Translations under genes and position numbers: made by a program
In this document: piece after piece, positions 1-7,241 of the stretch
How the letters are laid out: the number at the start of each line of letters is the position of its first letter
Position numbering within the stretch: position 1 is the stretch's first letter
Source of the DNA: Terriglobia bacterium
Lineage (GTDB): Bacteria; Acidobacteriota; Terriglobia; JAJPHL01
DNA: 64,000 bases
Direction of reading: 5' to 3'
Assembly: GCA_021325275.1 (NCBI GenBank)
Contig: JAJPHL010000075.1
Span: 16,310-80,309 of the forward strand
The notes under the pieces: generated by a model
What the model saw: only the letters and a program-made list of their open reading frames with translations
Told to the model about the DNA's origin: nothing
The model's database searches: none

Positions 1-331
1 CGAAGGCGAGGTCACGACGAACTGCGAACCGCATGCAGCGACCGAATAAGGCCCCTGGACGGCTACCTTGGCGTTGAGCGGCGTGACGACCTGACTGACG
101 AAGGTGCCGGACTGAAACTGCAGGAACGCTACTGCATTCTCTCCGGAGAGTGCGACAGCGGCGTACGCATCCGGACTGCCCATTGACGGCGTTGCGGCCA
201 GAACTGCTATCCCTAAAGGCTGAGAGCCGATTGGCAAAGTCTGGATCCATAGGGGCGTTTGGGCGCAGGCTGGAATTAAGGCGCATAGGAGCGCGCTCAG
301 AACGGATGCGCGGACCCGCGTTGATCGCATC
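1..331 (-). CDS. Secreted (possibly lipo-) protein, N-terminal part only; the gene runs off the left edge
   Basis: Not in the ORF track because it has no stop in the window. My reverse-strand translation from ATG 331-329 gives MRSTRVRASVLSALLCALIPACAQTPLWIQTLPIGSQPLGIAVLAATPSMGSPDAYAAVALSGENAVAFLQFQSGTFVSQVVTPLNAKVAVQGPYSVAACGSQFVVTSPS. It has a basic n-region, a hydrophobic core, an A-C/A-Q cleavage region, then a beta-rich sequence. Confidence 0.5.
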
Positions 332-433
332 TTACCTACCACACTAGGCCGATCCGCATCCCCTCGCTGCCCGTCGCTTGCCACTGGTCCTCCTCTTTTT
401 AGAGAAATCGTTCGTAGAAGGGTTGACCAGTCG

Positions 434-3103
434 CTAGGACCCGATTAATCCATGGGTCCTTACCGCTGCAAGCAGGTTGTTGAGCGCCTGTTTCAGATCG
501 TTCAGCATATTCTGCTCGGTCGACGTATAGCTGGTGCCCGCTGTTTCCGTAACGCTGGCTATACCCGGCTGTTGTGCGGTAACGACCTGAGTTCCATTGA
601 CGTTGTAGGCGTGTCTTGCGTCAACGTAACCAGCATAGACGTTCGCCCACCTTTGGGAAGACTCACCGATATTGTAGGTGGCGTCCGCCGAGACCGTCAC
701 GTTGGAGCTGAATCGCGTTGAGAACGTCGTGGCCGCCTCGATTCTGAATCGTTCCGCCCGGGCGGTATAAAAGACTAACGGCAGGTCGGGGCCGCCAACT
801 CCGCCAGTTATTGTCCTGCTGGAAGCGAGGAATGTATGGGGATCAGATCCGCCCGCGAATGCGCCCATGGACACCACAGAAGCGCTGGTAGTACCTGTCG
901 CCACAGCAACAAAGTTCTCTGCGATCACACCAGTGCCGGTCACGTCTGACGAAGCAAGCCCCACAAGAAGGCGACCATTCGGATCAATCCTCATGCGTTC
1001 GGTCTGTGATGTAGCGAAGGTCAGCGGCAGATTGACTGCCGTGCCACCAGTTGCGGCAGATGAATATTGGGCGGCGGATAAACCACCGCCCAAATTGCCT
1101 TTAGAATCCACCCAGTATAGATAGGGGCTGGCATCATTGAAACTGGAGCTACTGGAGACAGTACCTCCAGAGATTGCCACCGGTTCCGGCTGACCGTTCG
1201 CAAGATCCAGGCCGAAGACAAAGTTCTTTGAAGGCGGTGCGCCACTGGCGTTCTTTACCACAACGCCGCCTACGACCACATTGGAGGCGTTCAGGTTGCC
1301 TGCCTCTAGATGGTAGAAGTAGTTCGACCGCGCGTTAGTGGGATTGTTTATAACCACTGAACTGTAGTCCGGCGAGAAGGGAGGGTTTCCAGCGTTGAAG
1401 ACGTAGACAGCGTAAAACGAATTGTTGTCGCAGTCGTTCAACAAGATGCCAGCGTCGGTTGTGGTTTCGGTTTCGCTGGAATACGCGGGCGTGTACACGA
1501 TCGTCAGTCCGACGAAAGTGTTGTGCGTCGTGTTGGCTTTGATTGTCGGCTCCAGTCCGTCGAGGACCAGACCAGTCGTGACACCGCCTACCGAGCAGTT
1601 TTCAAAGAGGTTGAAATCGGTGTCGATGTTGTCCGCAGTCGCTGTCGTCACCGTGAGTTTGAAACCTACCGACGACGTTGTCGACATGTTTTGAACGTTG
1701 AGATTGATGAACTTGGACCCATTCACACGATCCAGCAGAAGTGCGGTCTGTGCTACGCCGCTCCCGTTGAGCAACAAGTCGGACACTTCGATGTCTTGGA
1801 GTTGCACGTTCGCAGACGTTGGCGCGGCGGAAACTATCGGGCCCGGGCCGGCTGTAGTTGACCACAGCAACGTGCTGGCCGAGGCGCCGGTGCCGCCTTG
1901 CGTCTGCCCCATAGCGCCGCCGAAGCCCCGCAGCTTTACGCCATTTCCGTTCACGACGATTGTGTGCTGAATATTGAAGGTGCCCGGCATCAGCATGATG
2001 ATTCCGCCATTGGCGGCGGAGAGCGAAGCAATCGCCGCGTTGATGGCAACGGAATCATCCGTCGATCCGCCCGCCGGGGAGAGAAAAACGATTTGGTTTA
2101 CTGTCTGGGATTCGAAAGTGCCGGCGACATCGAGAGTTGCTGTCGGGCTCGTCGTACCGATGCCGACATCCGTGCCGTTGTCATACAACGCGCCCGTTGT
2201 TAGGCTGCCGCTCGAAGAAAACTTGGCAGTGTGATTCATTGTTCCAGAGCCGCTGAGCGCCGCGGAAACCTGTAGCGTCCCGTCCGGAAACATGATTCCA
2301 TCGGTGCCGGGCGTACCTGCCACATGCAGTTTCGCTGACGGCGTCGACGTGCCAATCCCGACGTTGCCGTTGTACAACATCGTTGCGACCGGGCTGCCGC
2401 CGAAATCGAAAGTTAGCTGGCAGTGGCCGCTGGTGGTATCGAGTTGTGTGGCTGTGAGGTTGGCTGCGCTTACGATGCTGTAGCCATTGCTGCCGTTCCA
2501 ACCCCAGGTGGTCATCGCGATTTTCGCGTTCGTCAAGGGATTCGAAACCGTCGCGTAGTTATACGGGTTCATTTGTATGTTCAGTGCGGAGAAAGTGCCG
2601 CGGACATTCGTAATCCCGTTAAAAGTGAATTGGTTTGCCGATCCCGTTAACCAAAAATTTGGGTTCAAGCCGTAATACATGTGGTAGTTGGCGGTATCGG
2701 GAGTTTCCTGATAGATTACCGTCCCATCCGCATTGACCACCCTCGACACCTCGCCCGTGCTGCCGGCTCGTGTCAAGTTCAGGATGCTCGTTGAGGTGGA
2801 TGGCGTCGTCACCTGAAGCTGGGCCGCCGGACTCGTCGTTCCCACGCCGACTTTGCCCGTAAAGGTGTATGCGCCGGTATCCGAGCAATCGGCGCCAAAG
2901 TTTCCACTGCTGACTTCGCTGGCCGGTGTGCTACAAGTTCCGCCGGTGATTGGGAAGGCGCCCGGAAGAGTTTCCATGATCGCGCTCACGATTAAGCGGC
3001 GATCTTTGGGGTCGGCGAGCATTTGCCGAAACGTTTCGCGCATCTCATCGCGCGAGGCGCGAGTCTTGGATTGACGCCTGTTGTGGATCAGGGTTGTTAA
3101 CAA
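434..3103 (-). CDS. Tailspike/tail-fibre-like protein with a pectate-lyase-type right-handed beta-helix
   Basis: 889-aa ORF. Three copies of the tail-fibre motif VG(I/V)GT(T/S)(S/T)PxAxLxV (GKVGVGTTSPAAQLQV, GNVGIGTSTPSAKLHVAG, GTDVGIGTTSPTATLDVAG). Pectate_lyase_3/tailspike N-cap-like DDSVAINAAIASLSAANGGIIMLMPGTFNIQHTIVVNGNGVKLRG. Later ERMRIDPNGRLLVG and ERFRIE repeats, then NIGESSQRWANVYAGYVDA and a C-terminal helical tail. No signal peptide. The only start in its own frame is TTG 3103 with no SD. Confidence 0.85.
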   Translation of the reverse strand: MLTTLIHNRRQSKTRASRDEMRETFRQMLADPKDRRLIVSAIMETLPGAFPITGGTCSTPASEVSSGNFGADCSDTGAYTFTGKVGVGTTSPAAQLQVTTPSTSTSILNLTRAGSTGEVSRVVNADGTVIYQETPDTANYHMYYGLNPNFWLTGSANQFTFNGITNVRGTFSALNIQMNPYNYATVSNPLTNAKIAMTTWGWNGSNGYSIVSAANLTATQLDTTSGHCQLTFDFGGSPVATMLYNGNVGIGTSTPSAKLHVAGTPGTDGIMFPDGTLQVSAALSGSGTMNHTAKFSSSGSLTTGALYDNGTDVGIGTTSPTATLDVAGTFESQTVNQIVFLSPAGGSTDDSVAINAAIASLSAANGGIIMLMPGTFNIQHTIVVNGNGVKLRGFGGAMGQTQGGTGASASTLLWSTTAGPGPIVSAAPTSANVQLQDIEVSDLLLNGSGVAQTALLLDRVNGSKFINLNVQNMSTTSSVGFKLTVTTATADNIDTDFNLFENCSVGGVTTGLVLDGLEPTIKANTTHNTFVGLTIVYTPAYSSETETTTDAGILLNDCDNNSFYAVYVFNAGNPPFSPDYSSVVINNPTNARSNYFYHLEAGNLNASNVVVGGVVVKNASGAPPSKNFVFGLDLANGQPEPVAISGGTVSSSSSFNDASPYLYWVDSKGNLGGGLSAAQYSSAATGGTAVNLPLTFATSQTERMRIDPNGRLLVGLASSDVTGTGVIAENFVAVATGTTSASVVSMGAFAGGSDPHTFLASSRTITGGVGGPDLPLVFYTARAERFRIEAATTFSTRFSSNVTVSADATYNIGESSQRWANVYAGYVDARHAYNVNGTQVVTAQQPGIASVTETAGTSYTSTEQNMLNDLKQALNNLLAAVRTHGLIGS

Positions 3104-3104
3104 T

Positions 3105-3135
3105 GAACGAACGAACGAACGAACGAACGAACGAA
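3105..3135. repeat. Perfect tetranucleotide microsatellite, (GAAC)7GAA on plus = (TTCG)7TTC on the coding strand
   Basis: Read directly: atGAACGAACGAACGAACGAACGAACGAACGAAatgg. It abuts the first codon (3103) of the tailspike-like ORF. All three reading frames through it give FVRS repeats (see ORFs 3045..3236 and 3097..3282). Confidence 0.97.
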
Positions 3136-3143
3136 ATGGCTCG

Positions 3144-3160
3144 CATTGGGGGGAGCCTCC
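3144..3160 (-). promoter_or_regulatory. Shine-Dalgarno GGAGG (3160-3156) plus ATG (3146-3144) reading into the repeat tract, currently out of frame with the 889-aa ORF
   Basis: Minus strand reads tttGGAGGctccccccaATGcgagccatTTCGTTCG.... The spacer is 9 nt. This ATG frame gives MRAISFVRSFVRSFIVNNPDPQQ... and stops at 3045. Confidence 0.5.
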
Positions 3161-3801
3161 AAATCAATAAAGTTCCGGCCCTCCGGGATAGCGCAAGCTG
3201 GGCGGACGCCGACGCTGATGAATTGAATCGTAGCACAAATGCAGTGGCCGGTCACGTCCAACGAAAGTAGGTAATGTCTCACTGAATTCTTGATCCCGCC
3301 GAGCAGGCTCGGTGCTCAGCCGTCACAGAATGACACACCATTTTTTACACACTGCGGTTTTTATTGTCCATCGAATCAGGCCCGTAGGTCTCGCTGCGCC
3401 GGAATCATTTGGAGCGATATGTCATAATGGTTTGAATATGCGGTTGGGTTGACCGGGAAGCACAAACCCCAGAAATACTAAAATTACAAAACGAACCTAC
3501 CGAGTAGTTAAACGCTGTAGAATCAATCTGTTAGGGGCGCGCGCCGTTACTCTTCAGCCACTGGCACAAGCGCAGCGTCAACCGCGAAATCTTCGCCGCA
3601 GAACGACGCGACCGCTTCCATGATCGTGTCGCGCAACTTTCGCGACGTCGGCCGCCTCGGTGATGCCTTTGGTGAACATCAACAAGCAATTCGTGAATCC
3701 CCGGATGTAGTGACCCGATTTTTTCCGGTCGTGGCCAATTTGAATTCGATCCCTGTGGAACTGTGAGCCAATCGTCTGCGCAGCCGCTTTGCATCTCTTC
3801 T

Positions 3802-3967
3802 TGTATCAGGGCACGGCTTCAGCCGTGCCGACCCAGACGTTTGGAAATCGTGGGCTTTAGCCCCCGCAAACAACGGCTGATCCGCAATCTTGCCAAGTGC
3901 AAAGCCTCAGGGGCTAAAGCCCCAGGAACAAGGCTGGCAGCACGGCTGAAGCCGTGCCCTGATACAA
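3802..3967. repeat. Composite nested palindrome (REP/MITE-like element)
   Basis: tgtatcagggcacggcttcagccgtgcc (3802-3829) is the exact reverse complement of ggcacggctgaagccgtgccctgataca (3940-3967), 28/28. Each arm is itself a hairpin (GGCACGGC-TTCA-GCCGTGCC). Inner hairpins gggctttagcccc (about 3852) and ggggctaaagcccc (about 3910) are also mutually inverted. Confidence 0.9.
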
Positions 3968-4204
3968 AACATATCTACGCGCAAGGGTTCGATTTCCGCA
4001 AGTCCTGGATCGAATTCAGATTGAGCTACTACCTTTTTTCCCTTGCTCGAGGCCACCGGATCGCAGTTTGTAGCGGTGTCGCCTCCTTTTACGGATGCAT
4101 GCGCACCAAACGGGTTGCGGCACAACGCAACCGCTTCATTGACACCGTTCGATGGCCCGGATACGATATGGTTCGATCGACCAGGGCTTTGGAGGGGCAC
4201 GTAA

Positions 4205-5335
4205 ATGGCGACAACTGAGACATCCGCGCGCGGCATCAGCGCCTACGAACGCTTTCAAGTGGCGTTGAAGTGGATGGTCAACGAAAAAGGAAGCGACCTG
4301 CACGTTGCCGCGGGATCGGGCTTTCGCGTTCGTCTCAAGGGAAAACTGGTCGAGCCTCCCGGTAATGTTCCGCTGGGTCCCGCCGATACCGCCACGGTGG
4401 TCGCCGGCATTCTGCTGGCGTCGCGCAAGTGCAACAAGGAAAATGTGGCGGCCACGGTCGCCGGAATCACCGATTACGATTGCTCGTATTCGATGAGCGA
4501 CCTGGGACGGTTCCGCGTGAACATCGCCTGCCAGCGCGGGTCGCTGGCGCTGGTACTCCGGCATATTCCCTTGACGCTGCCGACGGTGGAGACGCTGGGC
4601 TTGCCGAAGGTGATGGCCGATATCGCGATGACCGAGCGCGGATTGATCCTGCTGACCGGCGTGACCGGTTCCGGCAAATCGTCGACGCTCGCGGCGATGA
4701 TCAATCACGTGAATCACAACAAGCAGAACAAGATCATCACCATCGAAGATCCGATCGAATTCTTGTATCGCGATGAGAAGTGCAGCATCATGCAACGCGA
4801 ATGCGGCGCCGACACCGAAGGCTTCAGCAAAGCGTTGCGCGCGGCGTTGCGGCAGGATCCCGACATTATTCTGGTCGGCGAGATGCGCGACAAGGAAACC
4901 ATCGACATCGCGATCAAGGCGGCGGAAACGGGTCACTTGGTGTTTTCCACCGTGCACACCACCGACGCGCCGAAGACGATTTCGCGTTTGATCAGCGTGT
5001 TCGAGCCGGCGGAACAAACGTCGCTGCGCATGCGCCTTTCCGAGACGCTGAAGGCAGTGATCTCGCAGCGCCTTTTGCCGCGGGCCGACGGCACGGGCCG
5101 TGTGGTGGCGTGCGAAATCATGCGCCAAACGAAGTCGATTCAGGAGTGCATCGCCGATCCCGACAAGACCGATTCGATGAAAGACTTCATCGAGAAGGGC
5201 CGCGAGATGTACGGCATGCAGACGTTCGATCAATGCCTCACCGATTTGTACAAGGGCGGCCAGATTGATCTTGAAACGGCCAAGGGCGCGGCCACATCGC
5301 CGGCCGATTTCGAGCGCAATCTGCAGTTCCAGTAG
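4205..5335 (+). CDS. pilT: Type IV pilus retraction ATPase (PilT/PilU family)
   Basis: 376 aa. Walker A GVTGSGKSST, Walker B/Asp box DIILVGEMRD, His box GHLVFSTVHT, N-terminal GSDLHV motif. SD GGAGGGG about 8 nt upstream of the ATG. Confidence 0.93.
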   Translation: MATTETSARGISAYERFQVALKWMVNEKGSDLHVAAGSGFRVRLKGKLVEPPGNVPLGPADTATVVAGILLASRKCNKENVAATVAGITDYDCSYSMSDLGRFRVNIACQRGSLALVLRHIPLTLPTVETLGLPKVMADIAMTERGLILLTGVTGSGKSSTLAAMINHVNHNKQNKIITIEDPIEFLYRDEKCSIMQRECGADTEGFSKALRAALRQDPDIILVGEMRDKETIDIAIKAAETGHLVFSTVHTTDAPKTISRLISVFEPAEQTSLRMRLSETLKAVISQRLLPRADGTGRVVACEIMRQTKSIQECIADPDKTDSMKDFIEKGREMYGMQTFDQCLTDLYKGGQIDLETAKGAATSPADFERNLQFQ

Positions 5336-5342
5336 ACCGTTA

Positions 5343-6326
5343 ATGGAAATCCTCGACGTCATCATCATAGGCGCCGGACCCACCGGACTCGCCACGGCCA
5401 TCGAGTGTAAAAAGGCCGGGTTGTCGCTGGTGGCGATCGAAAAAGGGTGTCTCGTCAACTCGATTTCGAACTATCCGACGGAAATGATTTTCTTTACCAC
5501 GCCGGAACTGTTGGAGATCGGCGACATTCCCATGACGAGTTTGCGCGAGAAGCCGAATCGCGTGGAAGCGTTGAAGTATTACCGGAGAGTCGCGCAGCAC
5601 TACCAACTGCCGGTGCGGCTCTACGAGCGCGTCGACAAGATCGAAGGCTCGGACGGCGATTTCGTGGTGCATTCGGAAACGCAGCACGGCGAGAAACGCG
5701 TCACGCGCGGGCGCAAGCTCGTGCTGGCGACGGGATACTACGATCTGCCGAATCGCCTGGGCATTCCCGGGGAAGATTTGCCCAAAGTGCGCCACTACTA
5801 TCGCGAAGCGCACCCATTTTCGAGTTGCGATGTGTTGATCATCGGCGGCAAGAACTCGGCGGCGATTGCGGCGCTCGATTTGTATCGCCACGGCGCGCGC
5901 GTGACGATGGTGCATCGCGGCGCCGCGCTGCATCGGCACATCAAGTATTGGATCATGCCGGACATCGAGAATCGCATCAAGAGCGGTGAGATAACGGCGC
6001 ATTTCAACGCCGTTGTGAAGGCGATCGAGGAGTCGCGGGTGCTGATTTCGTCGGCGGAAGGTGAACGGTGGGTGAAAAACGATTTTGTCCTGGCGATGAC
6101 CGGCTATCATCCCGATTTTGACATGCAGAAATCCGTGGGCGTGCACATCGATCCAACGTCGGGCCGGCCGGAATGCAATCCGCAGACGTTGGAAACGAAC
6201 TCGCCGGGTGTGTACTTGGCGGGCGTGCTGGTGGCGGGCACGCACACCAGCGAGATTTTCATCGAGAACGGACGTTTCCACGGCAAGGCGATCGCCGGGG
6301 ATATCGCGAGGAAGCTAAGAGGCTAG
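5343..6326 (+). CDS. YpdA-family thioredoxin-reductase-like FAD flavoprotein (putative bacillithiol-disulfide-reductase family)
   Basis: Start moved to ATG 5343 (MEILDVIIIGAGPTGLATAIE...), 8 nt after the pilT stop. Motifs: GxGxxG, NYPTEMIFFTT, ATGYYD, IIGGKNSAA, IFIENGRFHG. From memory it looks collinear with Staphylococcus/Bacillus YpdA. Confidence 0.85.
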   Translation: MEILDVIIIGAGPTGLATAIECKKAGLSLVAIEKGCLVNSISNYPTEMIFFTTPELLEIGDIPMTSLREKPNRVEALKYYRRVAQHYQLPVRLYERVDKIEGSDGDFVVHSETQHGEKRVTRGRKLVLATGYYDLPNRLGIPGEDLPKVRHYYREAHPFSSCDVLIIGGKNSAAIAALDLYRHGARVTMVHRGAALHRHIKYWIMPDIENRIKSGEITAHFNAVVKAIEESRVLISSAEGERWVKNDFVLAMTGYHPDFDMQKSVGVHIDPTSGRPECNPQTLETNSPGVYLAGVLVAGTHTSEIFIENGRFHGKAIAGDIARKLRG

Positions 6327-6508
6327 CCAGCTTTTTTCTGACGGCGAGCGGCGCGCGAGCGGCGCGGCTGCAATTTCACCAGACGAGCGCCGTGTTTCTT
6401 TTGCTCCTGTTGGAGATATTCGACGTACTTTCGAAGGTCATAGCCGAATTCCTTGGCGATCGCCGCACGGATGGCGTGAATCTCCTCGACAATGGGATCC
6501 TGAATCAT
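6323..6508 (-). CDS. Small hypothetical protein (61 aa) with a basic C-terminal tail
   Basis: MIQDPIVEEIHAIRAAIAKEFGYDLRKYVEYLQQEQKKHGARLVKLQPRRSRAARRQKKAG. ATG at 6508 is preceded by GGAGG at an 8-nt spacing. The rest of the 263-aa track ORF is antisense to nuoI and was rejected. Confidence 0.6.
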   Translation of the reverse strand: MIQDPIVEEIHAIRAAIAKEFGYDLRKYVEYLQQEQKKHGARLVKLQPRRSRAARRQKKAG

Positions 6509-6670
6509 CGCTATGCCTCCAGTTCGTACGGCGTGCAGATGATCGGGGCTTCGAGTCCACAACTTCGGCACGTCTCCTCTAACGTACCACGTAGCGCTGC
6601 ATTGAAGTCTCGATGTAAACACGCGGCCGCATCGCGCCATCATTTCACACCGCGTGTTATACTCACCCTG

Positions 6671-7132
6671 ATGATTAGCGATACGCTCAACACGGCCGGC
6701 GCGATCGCCAAGGGAATGGCGACCACGCTGAAGGAGCTGTTTCAGCCCACCATCACCGAAGATTATCCCTTCGAGCCGCCGAATTTCGAGGGCCGCTTTC
6801 GCGGCGTCCATGTCCTTCAGCGCGACGCCAATGGTCTCGAGAAGTGTGTGGCGTGTTTTCTGTGCGCGGCGGCGTGTCCGTCGAATTGCATCTACATCGA
6901 AGCAACCGAAAATACCGGCGACAATCGGGTCAGCGCCGGCGACCGTTACGCCAAGGTCTACAACATCGACTACAACCGTTGCATCTTTTGCGGATACTGC
7001 GTCGAAGCGTGCCCCACCGACGCGATCACGCACGGCCATGATTTCGAAATCGCCAGCTACGAAACCGGAACGCTCGTTTATCGCAAGGAACAGTTGCTGG
7101 CGAAAGAGCCGCAAGGCGCTCCGGCGAAGTAA
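6671..7132 (+). CDS. nuoI: NuoI-like 2x[4Fe-4S] ferredoxin subunit (NADH:quinone oxidoreductase subunit I family), with no nuo neighbours
   Basis: Start at ATG 6671 (MISDTLNTAGAIAKGMATTLKELFQPTITEDYPFE...). Two cluster motifs, CVACFLCAAACP and CIFCGYCVEACP. Typical NuoI N-terminus (TxxYP...RFRG.H.L). Confidence 0.85.
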   Translation: MISDTLNTAGAIAKGMATTLKELFQPTITEDYPFEPPNFEGRFRGVHVLQRDANGLEKCVACFLCAAACPSNCIYIEATENTGDNRVSAGDRYAKVYNIDYNRCIFCGYCVEACPTDAITHGHDFEIASYETGTLVYRKEQLLAKEPQGAPAK

Positions 7133-7187
7133 CTAGTGTAGTGCGTTACAAATTCTGCGACTTATGCGAGGGCCGCGTGCCCCGAAG

Positions 7188-7237
7188 GAGTCTGTGTGGC
7201 AACGCAGCCCTGCAGGGCTGAGTTGTCACACAGACTC
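7188..7237. repeat. Nested hairpin (REP-like)
   Basis: Outer stem gagtctgtgtg (7188-7198) pairs with cacacagactc (7227-7237). Inner perfect palindrome cagccctgcagggctg (7205-7220). Confidence 0.85.
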
Positions 7238-7241
7238 TGCA

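Noticed and set aside
343-384. Alternative upstream starts for the left-edge secreted protein, including a GTG at 384 behind a strong AGAGGAGG.
   Set aside because: Base-by-base recount shows GTG 384 is out of frame with the signal-peptide ORF (50 nt, not 51, to ATG 331). GTG 343 is in frame but adds only four residues.
3553-3760. Possible degraded small gene on the minus strand. Frame fragments such as ...SGHYIRGFTNCLLMFTKGITEAADVAK and KLRDTIMEAVASFCGEDFAVDAALVPVAEE* vaguely resemble HicB/DUF1902-type antitoxin ends.
   Set aside because: It needs at least one frameshift to join the pieces, has no start or SD, and the similarity is only impressionistic. Not reported as a feature.
434-4200. 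Calling the left end of the window a prophage because of the tailspike-like gene.
   Set aside because: No other phage hallmark genes (integrase, capsid, terminase, tail tube, lysis) occur within the visible 4 kb. It can only be flagged as an orphan tailspike-like gene pending the sequence left of the window.
3763-4236. Track ORFs 3763..4218 (+, 151 aa), 3907..4236 (-) and 3679..3873 (-) across the palindromic repeats; also 7162..7537 (-) ORFs across the MITE-like block.
   Set aside because: Their 'proteins' (…ARLKPCPDTK…, …PGLRRSKKRSGSDLG…) are simply translations of hairpin repeats in both orientations. There are no SDs, and the first ORF overlaps pilT.
4136-5458. Long reverse-strand ORFs opposite well-supported genes. 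Examples: 4136..5458 (440 aa), 10168..12090 (640 aa), 18822..20141 (439 aa), 21101..22225, 23276..24457, 25811..27172, 39856..41487 and 44243..46132 (629 aa).
   Set aside because: They are R/H/G/A-rich, contain no recognisable motifs, and lie exactly antisense to genes with clear family signatures. This is the usual stop-poor shadow-frame artefact of high-GC DNA.
6509-7114. Upstream 200 codons of the 263-aa minus-strand ORF 6323..7114.
   Set aside because: This part is antisense to the motif-rich nuoI-like gene. Only the last 61 codons, which have their own GGAGG+ATG, look genuine.
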